Positions 35,208 to 46,285 of a stretch of 64,000 nt of DNA are shown in pieces. Location of the stretch: assembly GCA_041181225.1 (NCBI GenBank), contig JBEGPW010000089.1, positions 15,162 to 79,161 on the forward strand, in the 5' to 3' direction. Under the pieces are notes generated by a model. That model saw only the letters and a list, made by a program, of their open reading frames with translations. It was not told where the DNA came from and ran no database searches. Source of the DNA: Actinomycetota bacterium (GTDB lineage Bacteria > Actinomycetota > Actinomycetes > Actinomycetales > Microbacteriaceae). Every line of letters starts with the position of its first letter. Within the stretch, counting starts at the first letter, position 1. Made by a program: the position numbers and the translations under genes.

Positions 35208-36632
35208 GTGGCACGCGTGCACTGGTTTCGCAGAGACCTGCGTCTGAACGATAACGAGGCGTTGGCAGACAGCATCCGCGGTTGCCTTTCTGATGGCGAT
35301 AACGAACTCACCGCACTGTTTGTTTTCAACCTGGATGAGTTTCACGCCCTAGCGGGCATTAGGCAACACTCGCTGCGCGCCGGCGTTGCCGCGTTGGCCG
35401 AGAGTCTGGCCGAACAGGGCGGCGATCTCAACATTCAGCGAGCCTCAGCTGGGCTTAGCGGGGTGGTTGCCGAGGTGGTTCGGGTGTCATTAGCTGGCGG
35501 TGCTAAAGAGGTTCATGCAATGCGAATGTTTGACCCGGCAGGAGTAGCCGAACAAAATGCCGTCGGACTAGCACTTCAGTCGGTCGGCGTGTTTCTGCGG
35601 TTATCGGGCAGCAACTATGCGGTAAACCCGGGAACCGTCTTGAAAGCCAGTGATGGATTGCCGTATCGCGTGTACACGCCGTTTTATAAGGCCTGGGTTT
35701 CACACCTGCCGGCGGGCCCAGCTGCCGCGCCTAAAGCCATGCCTCAGCTCGGTCAGAACTGGCGCTCGCCGCGGGTTGCCGAGTTGGCGCCGAGTCAAGG
35801 TTTGCCCGAGTGCAGCGAAGTAGCCCCATTCGAAGTGATTGCAGGCGAGGCTTTTGCGTTGAGAACTTTTGAGCGATTTAGGCAGCGCGCGCTCGCCGGG
35901 TATGCCGACGACCGCAACCGCGCCGACCTGAGTGGCACCTCTCACCTGAGCCACGCGCTCGCGCACGGCGAGGTTCACCCCCGCACTTTGCTGGCTGAGT
36001 TGGGCGATTCGCAAGGCGAAGAGGTTTTTCGCAAGGAGCTTGCCTGGCGCGAGTTTTATGCCGATGTTTTGTGGCACAACCCGCGTTCGCTCGACGACTA
36101 TTACTCGCCGATTTATGCTCGGATGCGTTACGACGCAGGCGCGCTCGCCGAAGAGCGACTGGTGGCCTGGCAGGCCGGCAACACGGGTTACCCGATGGTT
36201 GACGCCGGAATGCGGCAGTTGCTCGCTGACGGTTGGGTTCACAACCGGGTTCGCATGATCGTGGCATCGTTTTTAGTTAAAGACCTGCACCTCGAGTGGC
36301 AACATGGTGCAGCCTGGTTTGAGCGCAATTTGAGCGATTTCGACCCGGCTTCGAATTCGCACGGATGGCAGTGGACTGCAGGCTGCGGCACCGACGCCTC
36401 GCCCTATTACCGAGTATTTAACCCCGTCATGCAGGGCCTTAAGTTTGACCCGAACGGTGACTATGTGCGCAAGTATGTGCCCGAGTTGCGTCATTTGGAG
36501 GGTGCGGCTGCGCACGAACCTTGGGATGCCCCTGGCGGATACAGCGAGTGCTATGCGAAGCGCATCGTTGATCACGCGGTTGAGCGAGTGGAGTCGTTGG
36601 CTCGCCTCGAAGAGCTAAAAGCGCTGCGATAA
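35208..36632 (+). CDS. phr: deoxyribodipyrimidine photo-lyase (class I CPD photolyase family)
   Basis: N-terminal WFRRDLRLNDNEAL and a C-terminal FAD-binding region (GYPMVDAGMRQL, NRVRMIVASFL, GWQW). Confidence 0.9.
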   Translation: MARVHWFRRDLRLNDNEALADSIRGCLSDGDNELTALFVFNLDEFHALAGIRQHSLRAGVAALAESLAEQGGDLNIQRASAGLSGVVAEVVRVSLAGGAKEVHAMRMFDPAGVAEQNAVGLALQSVGVFLRLSGSNYAVNPGTVLKASDGLPYRVYTPFYKAWVSHLPAGPAAAPKAMPQLGQNWRSPRVAELAPSQGLPECSEVAPFEVIAGEAFALRTFERFRQRALAGYADDRNRADLSGTSHLSHALAHGEVHPRTLLAELGDSQGEEVFRKELAWREFYADVLWHNPRSLDDYYSPIYARMRYDAGALAEERLVAWQAGNTGYPMVDAGMRQLLADGWVHNRVRMIVASFLVKDLHLEWQHGAAWFERNLSDFDPASNSHGWQWTAGCGTDASPYYRVFNPVMQGLKFDPNGDYVRKYVPELRHLEGAAAHEPWDAPGGYSECYAKRIVDHAVERVESLARLEELKALR

Positions 36633-36660
36633 AACGCGCTGCGACAAAGAGCGATTCAAG

Positions 36661-37584
36661 CTAAAACGAAATGTGCAGCAGCGGGTCGAGCGCAACAGCC
36701 AAGAACAACACCGTCAAATAGGTAATTGAGCCGTGGAACAGGCGCATCGGGTTTTTAGGGTCGCCGTCTTTGCCGTCTTTATAGAGCACGTAGGATTCCC
36801 AGACAAACCAAGCGCCGCTCGCCACCGCTATCGCGCTGTAGATTAAGCCCATCCCAGCCGCAGGAATCAAAATCAGTGTCGAAACATAGAGCGCCCAGCT
36901 GTAAAGAATAATCTGCTTGCCAACTACACCGGTTGCGGCAACCACCGGAAGCATAGGAACCTCCGCTTTTGCATAGTCAGCTTTGTATTTCATGGCTAGC
37001 GGCCAATAGTGGGGCGGAGTCCACAGGAAAATGATTAGGAACAACACCCAAGCGCCGATTTCAACAGTGTGCGTGACTGCCGACCATCCGATTAAAACCG
37101 GCATGCAACCTGCGGCGCCGCCCCAAACAATGTTTTGTGGTGTGCGGCGCTTGAGCAAAAGCGTATAAACCAGCACATAAAACGCGATTGCTGCGACCGA
37201 GAGAGCTGCGGTTAGCCATTCACCCACGATCCACAGCCAAATTGTTGAAACCACGGCGAGAATCCAAGCAAAAATCAACGCTTCGGTTTTCGAGAGTTCG
37301 CCGGTTACCAACGGACGGTTCTTGGTGCGACCCATGATTTTGTCGATGTCGGCGTCGATGTAACAGTTAAACGCGTTAGCCGAACCAGCGCTCAGGGCTC
37401 CACCGACCAGTGTGCCTAAAACCAACCACCAAAACTTGCCGAACTCGCCAATGCCGTGGTTGGCCAAAATCATGGTGGGCACTGTTGTTATGAGAAGAAG
37501 CTCAATAACGCGCGGTTTGGTGAGCGCAACATAGGCTTTAGCTTTTGCTGAAAATGTGTTTTTTGGTGCGGCAATAGAACTCAT
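36661..37584 (-). CDS. ctaB: protoheme IX farnesyltransferase (heme O synthase)
   Basis: 307-aa UbiA-family membrane protein with [19 protein letters not shown]. Confidence 0.9.
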   Translation of the reverse strand: MSSIAAPKNTFSAKAKAYVALTKPRVIELLLITTVPTMILANHGIGEFGKFWWLVLGTLVGGALSAGSANAFNCYIDADIDKIMGRTKNRPLVTGELSKTEALIFAWILAVVSTIWLWIVGEWLTAALSVAAIAFYVLVYTLLLKRRTPQNIVWGGAAGCMPVLIGWSAVTHTVEIGAWVLFLIIFLWTPPHYWPLAMKYKADYAKAEVPMLPVVAATGVVGKQIILYSWALYVSTLILIPAAGMGLIYSAIAVASGAWFVWESYVLYKDGKDGDPKNPMRLFHGSITYLTVLFLAVALDPLLHISF

Positions 37585-37757
37585 CTTTACCAGTCTAAAT
37601 GCCTCGGAGGTATAGACTTTTTACTTGTTGCAGAATGATTGCCGCCCTGACCGGTTGGTTCTTTGAAAAGCGATAACAACCTGGGCGATGGAGCCAAAAC
37701 ACCTTGACCGCTCGCCTGACGTTGCGGTCGATTCCTCACACAAATTAGGAGCCTTCC

Positions 37758-39848
37758 TTGTCAGATTTCCAATGGTCAGAACTTGACTCAAAGGCCGTAG
37801 ACACCGCTCGCGTGCTAGCCGCTGATGCTGTTGAAAAGGTTGGCAATGGCCACCCTGGAACAGCCATTAGCCTTGCGCCAGTCGCCTACCTACTTTTCAA
37901 CAAGGTAATGCGCCACGATCCAACCGATGACCGCTGGCTTGGCCGCGACCGTTTTATTCTTTCGGTGGGCCACAGCTCGCTAACCATCTATAACCAACTT
38001 TATTTACACGGATACGGCCTCGAGCTCGACGACCTGAAGGCACTGCGCACTTGGGGTTCAGCCACACCGGGTCACCCAGAGTATGGCCACACCAAGGGCG
38101 TTGAAATCACCACCGGCCCACTCGGTCAAGGCCTTGCATCGGCAACCGGTTTTGCTTATTCCGCGCGCTACGAGCGTGGCATGTTTGACCCAGCCGCCGC
38201 CGAGGGCACCAGCCCGTTTGATCACTTCATTTATGTGATTGCAGGCGATGGTGACATGCAAGAGGGGGTAACCGCAGAGGCCGCTTCGCTGGCCGGCCAC
38301 CAGAAGCTCGGCAATCTGGTTGTGATTTATGACTCGAACCAGATTTCGATTGAAGACGACACCAATATTGCGTTCACCGAAGACCTTTCGGCGCGCTACC
38401 AGTCATATGGTTGGCACACACAGGTTGTCGACTGGAAGAAAACCGGCAACTACGTTGAAGATGTTGCCGAGCTTTACGCGGCGATTCAGGCCGCTAAGGC
38501 GGTCACCGACAAGCCTTCGCTAATCACCCTTCGAACCATCATCGGATGGCCTTCGCCTAAGAAGCAGAACAGCGGAAAGATTCACGGTTCGGCACTTGGC
38601 GCTGAAGAGCTGGCCGGGCTAAAAACCGTTCTCGGCTTTGACCCAGAAAAGACCTTCGAGGTTGACCCTGCCGTCATCGCACACACTCGTGGCTACCAGA
38701 AACACGCCGACTCGGTGCGAGCTACCTGGCAGGCCCAGTTTGACGCTTGGGCTAGCGAAAACGCCGACCGCAAGAAACTGCTTGACCGCGTTGTTGCCGG
38801 CGCAACACCAGAGGGTCTAGCGGAAGCTCTTCCTAAGTTTGACGGTGGCACCGAAGTTTCTACCCGCGCAGCCTCGGGCAAGGTAATCAACGCGATTGCC
38901 GCGGTAATGCCTGAGCTCTGGGGTGGTTCGGCCGACCTGGCCGAGTCAAACCTTACGACCATCAACGGCTCAAAGTCGTTTGTTCCTGCAGAGTGGTCGA
39001 CTCACGAATGGACCGGCGACAAATACGGCCGCGTGCTTCACTTTGGAATTCGCGAACACGCAATGGGTGCAATCTTGAACGGCATCGTCTTGCACGGCAA
39101 CACCCGTGCTTTCGGCGGCACCTTCTTGATCTTTAGCGACTACATGCGCCCAGCGGTTCGCTTGGCTTCGCTGATGAAGGTTCCGACGATTTTTGTCTGG
39201 ACCCACGACTCGGTTGCTTTGGGCGAAGATGGTCCGACCCACCAGCCGGTCGAACAAATCGCAACACTCCGCGCGATTCCAGGCCTAGACATTGTTCGCC
39301 CCGGCGACGCAAACGAGACCGCTTTTGCCTGGAAAACCATGTTGGAGCGCCGCGAAGGCCCAGCCGGCATCGCACTAACCCGTCAAAACATTCCAGTGTT
39401 CAAGCGCGGCGAAGCCGACTCAACCGGCGCAGTATTCGCCGGTGCCGAGAACACTTCAAAGGGCGCCTACACGTTGGTTGATGCAGCCAACGGTTCGCCA
39501 AAGTTGATTTTGATTGCCACCGGTTCAGAGGTTCAACTTGCGGTAGCCGCGCGCGAACAGCTTGAGGCTGCCGGCGTTGCAACCCGCGTGGTTTCAGCGC
39601 CTTGCCTCGAGTGGTTTGACGAGCAGTCAGCAGAATATCGCGAGAGCGTTTTGCCGGCAGCAGTAACCGCGCGTGTCTCAGTCGAAGCTGGCCTTTCACT
39701 CGGATGGTCGAAGTACATCGGCCTCGGCGAGAGCGTTTCAATTGAGCACTTCGGTGCATCAGCTGACTACAAGACGCTATTCCGTGAGTTTGGCATCACC
39801 ACCGAAGCTGTGGTAGCCGCCGCTCACAAGAGTCTCGCCCGCGCCTAG
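37758..39848 (+). CDS. tkt: transketolase
   Basis: 696 aa with [12 protein letters not shown] and other TPP-binding motifs. TTG start preceded by AGGAG. Confidence 0.95.
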   Translation: MSDFQWSELDSKAVDTARVLAADAVEKVGNGHPGTAISLAPVAYLLFNKVMRHDPTDDRWLGRDRFILSVGHSSLTIYNQLYLHGYGLELDDLKALRTWGSATPGHPEYGHTKGVEITTGPLGQGLASATGFAYSARYERGMFDPAAAEGTSPFDHFIYVIAGDGDMQEGVTAEAASLAGHQKLGNLVVIYDSNQISIEDDTNIAFTEDLSARYQSYGWHTQVVDWKKTGNYVEDVAELYAAIQAAKAVTDKPSLITLRTIIGWPSPKKQNSGKIHGSALGAEELAGLKTVLGFDPEKTFEVDPAVIAHTRGYQKHADSVRATWQAQFDAWASENADRKKLLDRVVAGATPEGLAEALPKFDGGTEVSTRAASGKVINAIAAVMPELWGGSADLAESNLTTINGSKSFVPAEWSTHEWTGDKYGRVLHFGIREHAMGAILNGIVLHGNTRAFGGTFLIFSDYMRPAVRLASLMKVPTIFVWTHDSVALGEDGPTHQPVEQIATLRAIPGLDIVRPGDANETAFAWKTMLERREGPAGIALTRQNIPVFKRGEADSTGAVFAGAENTSKGAYTLVDAANGSPKLILIATGSEVQLAVAAREQLEAAGVATRVVSAPCLEWFDEQSAEYRESVLPAAVTARVSVEAGLSLGWSKYIGLGESVSIEHFGASADYKTLFREFGITTEAVVAAAHKSLARA

Positions 39849-39897
39849 TCGGCATCCTATTTTCAACCCACCGAAAACTTCAAAGAAAGCAGAAATC

Positions 39898-41007
39898 ATG
39901 GCCAACAGCCCACTCGCTCAGCTCGCAGCAAACGGAGTCAGCATTTGGCTTGACGACCTATCACGTCAGCGCATCACCTCGGGTGGCCTGCGCAACATCA
40001 TCACCGACCGCAACGTTGTGGGTGTAACGACAAACCCAACAATTTTTGCCGGAGCGCTTTCAAAAGGCGAGGGCTATGGCCCTCAGGTTGCTGAGCTTGC
40101 AGCCAAAGGCGCAGGCGCTGCTGAGGCTGTATTTGAAATCACAACCCAAGACGTTGCTGACGCCTGCGATATATTCGCTGGCGTTTATGCCGCCTCAAAC
40201 GGCTTTGACGGTCGAGTGTCAATCGAAGTCGAGCCAGGCCTAGCGCACGACACCGCCGGCACCGTTGCTCAGGCCAAAGAGCTATTCGCCAAGGTGAACC
40301 GCGAAAACGTCATGATCAAGATTCCGGCTACCAAAGCCGGACTTGGCGCCATCACCGAGGTTATCGGCGAAGGCATCAGCGTCAACGTAACACTTATTTT
40401 CTCGTTGGCTCGCTACCACGAGGTCATCGCCGCTTATATCGCAGGTGTCGAAAAAGCACACGCTGCAGGTCACGACATCAGCAAGATTCACTCGGTTGCG
40501 TCGTTCTTTGTGTCACGCGTTGACACCGAAATTGACAAGCGACTAATTGCCGTCGGCACCGACTCAGCTTTGGCACTAAAGAGCAAAGCGGCCCTGGCTA
40601 ACGCCCGTCTCGCCTACCAGGTTTATGAGCAAGACTTTGCAACCGACCGTTGGTCAGTGTTGGCAGCGGCCGGAGCCAATAAGCAGCGCCCGCTAATGGC
40701 CTCAACCGGTGTGAAAGACCCTAATCTGAGCGACACCCTCTATGTCACCGAGTTAGTTGCCCCCGACCTGGTAAACACCATGCCTGAAAAGACCATGGAG
40801 GCCGTTTTTGACCACGGAATCGTGCCGGCCAACTCAATCACCTCGCACTACTCAGAAGCTCAGGCAGTGCTTGATGCCGTTGCAGCCGAGGGTGTTTCTT
40901 ATGACGATGTAACCGAGTTGCTCGAGACCGAAGGTGTCGACAAGTTCGTTATTTCGTGGAACGAACTGCTCGAGACCATCGAAGCATCATTGAAGGCCGC
41001 CAAGTAA
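39898..41007 (+). CDS. tal: transaldolase (long actinobacterial type)
   Basis: 369 aa with GVTTNPTIF and the active-site Lys region (IKIPAT). Confidence 0.95.
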   Translation: MANSPLAQLAANGVSIWLDDLSRQRITSGGLRNIITDRNVVGVTTNPTIFAGALSKGEGYGPQVAELAAKGAGAAEAVFEITTQDVADACDIFAGVYAASNGFDGRVSIEVEPGLAHDTAGTVAQAKELFAKVNRENVMIKIPATKAGLGAITEVIGEGISVNVTLIFSLARYHEVIAAYIAGVEKAHAAGHDISKIHSVASFFVSRVDTEIDKRLIAVGTDSALALKSKAALANARLAYQVYEQDFATDRWSVLAAAGANKQRPLMASTGVKDPNLSDTLYVTELVAPDLVNTMPEKTMEAVFDHGIVPANSITSHYSEAQAVLDAVAAEGVSYDDVTELLETEGVDKFVISWNELLETIEASLKAAK

Positions 41008-42602
41008 TGTCACTAAAAGTTGCTGTTGCCGGCAAAACTGCAGCCGCGGTTGCCGCCACCATCGATGAACTGGTTGCCGACAAAGTAGCGAGTCGAATTG
41101 CTGCCAAAGACTTCACCCTCTGGGGCAAAGACGCCGAGGCAGAGAGCTCGATTCGTCTCGGATGGGTCAGCTCGGCCACCGACAGCGCTCCCCTAGTCGC
41201 AGGAATTTTGGCGCTTCGCGACGAGTTCGCTGCAAAAGGCATCAATCGGTTCGTGCTCTGCGGCATGGGCGGTTCATCGTTGGCACCCGAGGTGATCACC
41301 TCAACTGCCGGTGTTGAACTCGTGGTTCTAGACTCAACCAACGCCGACCAAGTGGGCGCCGCTTTGTCGGGCGACCTCGCTCGCACCGCGATTGTGGTTT
41401 CGTCAAAGTCTGGTTCAACCGTCGAGACCGACTCGCAAAAGCGCATCTTTGAACAGGCTTTCAGCGAAGCCGGCATCGACAAAACCGACCGTGTGGTCAT
41501 CGTTACCGACCCAGGTTCACCGATGGAGGCAGCAGCAAAAGCCGACGGCTATCGCATATTTAACGCTGACCCAACAGTTGGCGGGCGCTATTCAGCGCTA
41601 ACCGCTTTCGGTCTTGTTCCCAGCGGTCTTGCTGGGGCTGACATATCAGGCTTGTTGGCCGAAGCAAACGCGGTTGCGGAGCTTTTGGCAGCCGATGACG
41701 CTTCAAATCCAGGCTTGATTCTGGGTGCGGCCTTAGCACGCACAGCGAACGGCTCGAGCTTTGCCGACAAAGTTGGCATTGTGACCGACGGAACATCAAT
41801 CGTGGGCTTTGGCGACTGGGCTGAACAGCTCATTGCCGAGTCAACCGGCAAAATCGGCCGAGGTGTTCTTCCGGTGGTTCTTGAGCCAAACAGCCCAGAA
41901 CTCGCTGTTGCTGCAAACGACCTCGTCATTGCACGCTTAGTTTCAGACGCATCTTCGGCTCGCGAAAACGAGATCGCCGTCTCTGGCCCGCTCGGCTCGC
42001 AGTTCCTGCTTTGGGAATTTGCCACAGTCGTAGCCAGTCGCCTGCTGGGCATCAACCCGTTTGACCAGCCAGACGTTGAGTCAGCCAAAGTTGCGGCTCG
42101 CGGAATGCTCGAGCAGCGCGCGGCAAGCATCCCAGCAATTTTTGAAGCCGACAATATCGAAGTTCGGGCCACCGAATTGAACTTGGATAGCGCCACGTCA
42201 ATCTCCAGCGCAATCGACGCGCTGCTCGCCCAGATCGCACCCGACGGTTATGTTTCGATCCAGGCTTACCTTGACCGCACCTCGGTTCCTCAAGCAAGCA
42301 ACCTGCGTGACCTAATTGCGGCGCGAACCTCTCGACCGGTGACATTTGGTTGGGCACCACGTTTCTTGCACTCAACCGGGCAGTACCACAAGGGTGGACC
42401 GCGTCAGGGTGTCTACCTTCAGATAATCTCAGCCGCCACTCAAGACATTGTCGTGCCGGGTCGCGACTTCACTTTTGGTGAACTAATCGCCTCTCAAGCA
42501 GCTGGCGACGCAAAAGTTTTAGGCGACCTAGGTCGACCGGTTCTCACGCTAACTTTGGGTGAAGCAACAACTGGTTTAGCTGCGGTCAAGAACGCTATCT
42601 AG
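41007..42602 (+). CDS. pgi: glucose-6-phosphate isomerase (actinobacterial tal-linked type)
   Basis: SIS-fold motifs (GMGGSSLAPEV, SKSGSTVET). Start placed at the ATG at 41007, overlapping the tal TAA (TAATG); the ORF-track start at 40956 lies inside tal. Confidence 0.85.
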   Translation: MSLKVAVAGKTAAAVAATIDELVADKVASRIAAKDFTLWGKDAEAESSIRLGWVSSATDSAPLVAGILALRDEFAAKGINRFVLCGMGGSSLAPEVITSTAGVELVVLDSTNADQVGAALSGDLARTAIVVSSKSGSTVETDSQKRIFEQAFSEAGIDKTDRVVIVTDPGSPMEAAAKADGYRIFNADPTVGGRYSALTAFGLVPSGLAGADISGLLAEANAVAELLAADDASNPGLILGAALARTANGSSFADKVGIVTDGTSIVGFGDWAEQLIAESTGKIGRGVLPVVLEPNSPELAVAANDLVIARLVSDASSARENEIAVSGPLGSQFLLWEFATVVASRLLGINPFDQPDVESAKVAARGMLEQRAASIPAIFEADNIEVRATELNLDSATSISSAIDALLAQIAPDGYVSIQAYLDRTSVPQASNLRDLIAARTSRPVTFGWAPRFLHSTGQYHKGGPRQGVYLQIISAATQDIVVPGRDFTFGELIASQAAGDAKVLGDLGRPVLTLTLGEATTGLAAVKNAI

Positions 42603-42618
42603 GAGCAATACGCCTTAA

Positions 42619-44160
42619 ATGAGCCCAGTAAACATTTCAGCGGGAAACAACCCGCTCAGACAAACCGAAGACCGTCGGCTCAACCGCATAGCCGGGCCGA
42701 GCAGCCTCATAATCTTCGGAGTGACTGGCGATTTGTCGCGCAAGAAACTGATGCCTGCGGTCTATGACCTAGCAAACCGCGGCCTCTTGCCGCCAGGTTT
42801 TGCACTGGTGGGCTTTGCTCGTCGTGATTGGGAAACCCAAGACTTTAGCAAGGTAGTGCATGATTCGGTTCGCGAATATTCCCGAACCCCATTCAACGAA
42901 GAGGTATGGCAGCAGCTCGCGGCCGGAATCCGTTTCGTTCAGGGCGACTTTGATGACGACGCAGCATTTGACCGCCTCAAAGAGACCGTAGAAGGTCTCG
43001 ACCGCGATCGCGGGACCAACGGAAATCACGCATTTTATCTGTCGATTCCTCCAAAAGCTTTTCCGCTGGTCACCAAACAGCTTTCGCGTTCAGGGCTGGC
43101 AACCGCGAAACCCGACGAGTTCCGCCGCGTTGTGATTGAGAAGCCATTCGGTTCAGACCTAGAATCAGCCCGCGCGTTAAACCAGGTTGTCGAAGACGTT
43201 TTTCCTCCCGACTCGGTGTTTCGCATCGACCACTACCTTGGCAAAGAAACCGTTCAAAATATTTTGGCGTTGCGATTTGCAAACCAAATGTATGAACCAC
43301 TGTGGAACGCAAACTACATCGACCACGTGCAGATCACCATGGCTGAAGACATCGGAGTTGGCGGCCGCGCCGGTTACTACGACGGAATCGGCGCTGCTCG
43401 CGACGTGATTCAAAACCACCTGCTTCAGCTGCTTGCCCTGACCGCAATGGAAGAGCCAGTTTCGTTTGACGCTGCAGCTTTGCGCGCCGAAAAAGAAAAA
43501 GTTTTGTCAGCCGTAGTCTTGCCAAAAGATTTGGGTAAGCACACTGCTCGAGGACAGTATGCCGGCGGTTGGCAGGGTGGCGAAAAAGTTACCGGCTTCT
43601 TGGCCGAAGAGGGCATGAACCCCAAGTCAGTCTCAGAAACTTTTGCCGCGATGCGACTAGACATTAACACCCGACGCTGGGCCGGGGTGCCGTTTTATTT
43701 GCGCGCCGGAAAACGCCTTGGTCGCCGCGTGACCGAAATCGCCGTTGTGTTCAAACGGGCACCTCAAAACCTTTTCGCTGCAGACCAGACCAGCGCCCTG
43801 GGGCAAAACGCGTTGGTGATTCGAGTGCAGCCCGACGAGGGTCTGACAATGCGTTTCGGTTCGAAGGTTCCCGGTGTCGGAATGCAGGTTCGCGACGTGA
43901 CGATGGATTTTGGCTATGGCCACGCCTTCACCGAAGCGAGCCCAGAAGCTTATGAGCGTTTGATCTTAGACGTTTTACTCGGCGAACCACCGTTGTTCCC
44001 GCGTCACGCAGAAGTCGAGTTGTCTTGGAAGATTCTTGACCCAATCGAAAAGTTCTGGGCGACCCAAGGCCAACCTGAGCAGTATCGCCCGGGAACCTGG
44101 GGGCCAGCCTCGGCTGATCGAATGATGGAAATTGACGGCCGTGCTTGGAGACGCCCATGA
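42619..44160 (+). CDS. zwf: glucose-6-phosphate 1-dehydrogenase
   Basis: 513 aa with GVTGDLSRKKL, RIDHYLGKE and EKPFG motifs. Confidence 0.95.
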   Translation: MSPVNISAGNNPLRQTEDRRLNRIAGPSSLIIFGVTGDLSRKKLMPAVYDLANRGLLPPGFALVGFARRDWETQDFSKVVHDSVREYSRTPFNEEVWQQLAAGIRFVQGDFDDDAAFDRLKETVEGLDRDRGTNGNHAFYLSIPPKAFPLVTKQLSRSGLATAKPDEFRRVVIEKPFGSDLESARALNQVVEDVFPPDSVFRIDHYLGKETVQNILALRFANQMYEPLWNANYIDHVQITMAEDIGVGGRAGYYDGIGAARDVIQNHLLQLLALTAMEEPVSFDAAALRAEKEKVLSAVVLPKDLGKHTARGQYAGGWQGGEKVTGFLAEEGMNPKSVSETFAAMRLDINTRRWAGVPFYLRAGKRLGRRVTEIAVVFKRAPQNLFAADQTSALGQNALVIRVQPDEGLTMRFGSKVPGVGMQVRDVTMDFGYGHAFTEASPEAYERLILDVLLGEPPLFPRHAEVELSWKILDPIEKFWATQGQPEQYRPGTWGPASADRMMEIDGRAWRRP

Positions 44161-45137
44161 TTGTTGACCTGCCAAACACCACAATTAGCAAGGTTTCAAA
44201 GAAACTCGTTTCAATTCGCGAGGAAGGCGGAGCCGTTGCCCTAGGCCGAGTTTTGACCCTGCTCATCGAAACCGACTTCAAAGGCATTGAGCGTGCGATT
44301 GCTGCCGCTAACGAAGCCAGTCGCGAACATCCCTGCCGAGTAATTGTTTTGGCCGACGACGACGAGAGAAGCAAAAAGGCGGCACGACTAGACGTTCAGA
44401 TTCGCGTCGGCGGTGATGCTGGCGCATCAGAGGTTATAGTTTTGCGTGCCTACGGTGAAGCTGCGGGCGACTCTGAGAGCCTTGTCACGGGGTTGTTGCT
44501 GCCAGATGCTCCCGTGGTAGCCTGGTGGCCCGACGCGGCTCCTGCAAAGGTTTCTGCGAGTCCTTTGGGCCGCATAGCGACGCGCCGCATCACTGACGCC
44601 GCGAGTCATAAAGATCCGCACGAGTTTTTGCGACAGCTTTCTAAGGGTTACGCGCCCGGCGATAGCGATTTCGCTTGGACGCGCCTGACTTTGTGGCGGG
44701 CCCAGCTTGCAGCCGTGCTCGACCAGCCGCCATACGACGCTGTCACCGCCATTGAGGTAACCGGCGCGGTTGATTCGCCGAGCACCGAACTTTTAGCCGC
44801 CTGGCTTGGAATGCAGTTGCAGTTACCGGTCACTTTGGTGAGAACCAACCGTGGAAAAGCTGTTGCCGGAATTCGCGGCGTGAAATTGACTCGCAAATCT
44901 GGTTCGGTAGAAATCGTTCGCAACCAGCCAGACATTGCCACGATGATTCAGCCGGGTCAACCGAGCCGCGAATTTTCGCTTCCGCGTCGATCGCTTCGAG
45001 ATTGCCTGAGCGAAGATCTTCGTCGTCTCGACCCAGACGACATGTTCGGAAAAGTCATTACCAAGGGCCTTGGCGCCAAGGCTCCCCGAACAGCTCTGGC
45101 TAAAACTGTTCGCGCTACTCGCGCGCCTAAGAAATAG
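44157..45137 (+). CDS. opcA: glucose-6-phosphate dehydrogenase assembly protein OpcA
   Basis: Position directly after zwf with an ATGA overlap. Sequence is OpcA-like (RVLTLLI, VVAWWP). Confidence 0.85.
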   Translation: MIVDLPNTTISKVSKKLVSIREEGGAVALGRVLTLLIETDFKGIERAIAAANEASREHPCRVIVLADDDERSKKAARLDVQIRVGGDAGASEVIVLRAYGEAAGDSESLVTGLLLPDAPVVAWWPDAAPAKVSASPLGRIATRRITDAASHKDPHEFLRQLSKGYAPGDSDFAWTRLTLWRAQLAAVLDQPPYDAVTAIEVTGAVDSPSTELLAAWLGMQLQLPVTLVRTNRGKAVAGIRGVKLTRKSGSVEIVRNQPDIATMIQPGQPSREFSLPRRSLRDCLSEDLRRLDPDDMFGKVITKGLGAKAPRTALAKTVRATRAPKK

Positions 45138-45139
45138 CC

Positions 45140-45886
45140 ATGACTGACACTCAGGTTTTGCTGTGCGACGACGCTGTGGCTGTCGCCGAGACTGCCGCTG
45201 AAATGTTTATCGAACACCTGGTCAAAGTCTTGGAGCAAAAGTCAGAGGCTCACGTGGTTTTGACTGGCGGAACCGTTGGAATCAAAACCCTTGCCGCGAT
45301 AGCCGAACATGAGAGCGTCGGTGAGGTTGACTTTAGGCGCGTGCATTTTTGGTGGGGCGACGAGCGCTTTGTGGCTGCCAACAGCGCCGAGCGAAATGAG
45401 CTTCAGGCGCGCGAGGTTTTGCTGAGCAAGATTGTTTTAGATGAGGCAAAAGTTCACGCTTTTCCGGCTAGTGACGACGGTTTCAACTTGGATGAGGCGG
45501 CCGCAAGTTTTGCCGATCAGGTTGCCGAGCTCGCAGCGGTTGACGAAATCGTTCCTGAGTTTGACGTTGTGTTTTTAGGCATTGGCCCCGATGGACACGT
45601 CGCGAGCCTGTTTCCGGGCAAGGCCGAGCCGGCTTCGGGGGTTGCGATTATCGCCGAACCCGATTCGCCAAAACCACCGGCTCAACGTTTGAGTTTTAGC
45701 TATGAGGCTCTGGGCAGCTCTCACCAGGTTTGGTTTGTGGTTGCAGGAGCCGACAAGGCTGATGCGGTTGCCGTCGCCTTTGGCGAGTCACCTGAGTCTT
45801 TGCCCGTTGGTCGGGTCGAAGGGCGCGACGCAACCCTGTGGTTTATCGACGAAAGTGCTGGCGCAGCGGTTTTTGAAACCGAATAG
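45140..45886 (+). CDS. pgl: 6-phosphogluconolactonase
   Basis: 248 aa with LTGGT, WGDER and GxGxDGHxAS (GIGPDGHVASLFP). Confidence 0.9.
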   Translation: MTDTQVLLCDDAVAVAETAAEMFIEHLVKVLEQKSEAHVVLTGGTVGIKTLAAIAEHESVGEVDFRRVHFWWGDERFVAANSAERNELQAREVLLSKIVLDEAKVHAFPASDDGFNLDEAAASFADQVAELAAVDEIVPEFDVVFLGIGPDGHVASLFPGKAEPASGVAIIAEPDSPKPPAQRLSFSYEALGSSHQVWFVVAGADKADAVAVAFGESPESLPVGRVEGRDATLWFIDESAGAAVFETE

Positions 45887-46276
45887 TTAGTTCTTGCCAG
45901 CCGGTGCGGCGGCAGCTTCTGCCAAACGCAGGCGTCGCTCGCGCACGGCCGCCACTGCCTCTTCAAGCAAATCGTTAGCTTCTTCTTCGGTGCGACGCTC
46001 TTTTACGTATGCCAGGTGGGTTTTGTAAGGCTCGTGCTTAGCGACCACTGGAGGATTATCTTTGTCTTGGCCGGCAGGCATTCCGCAGTTCGGGCAATCT
46101 AAAAACTCAGGAATCTCGTCGAGCTCGACATGCGAAGCGAACTGCGGACTCTGAACGTGACCGTTCGAACAGTAGTAACTGCGCGTCACTCGGTCGGCGC
46201 GATACCCGCGGTCTTGTTCGCCCATCGGACCAGCGCCGATTCTCGAACCACGAATTGCTGAACCACCACTACTCAT
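45887..46276 (-). CDS. rbpA: RNA polymerase-binding protein RbpA
   Basis: 129 aa with IRGSRIGAG, a C...C-x2-C zinc-ribbon-like core (YYCSNGH...CPNCG) and a basic C-terminal sigma-interaction helix. Confidence 0.9.
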   Translation of the reverse strand: MSSGGSAIRGSRIGAGPMGEQDRGYRADRVTRSYYCSNGHVQSPQFASHVELDEIPEFLDCPNCGMPAGQDKDNPPVVAKHEPYKTHLAYVKERRTEEEANDLLEEAVAAVRERRLRLAEAAAAPAGKN

Positions 46277-46285
46277 TCGACATCC

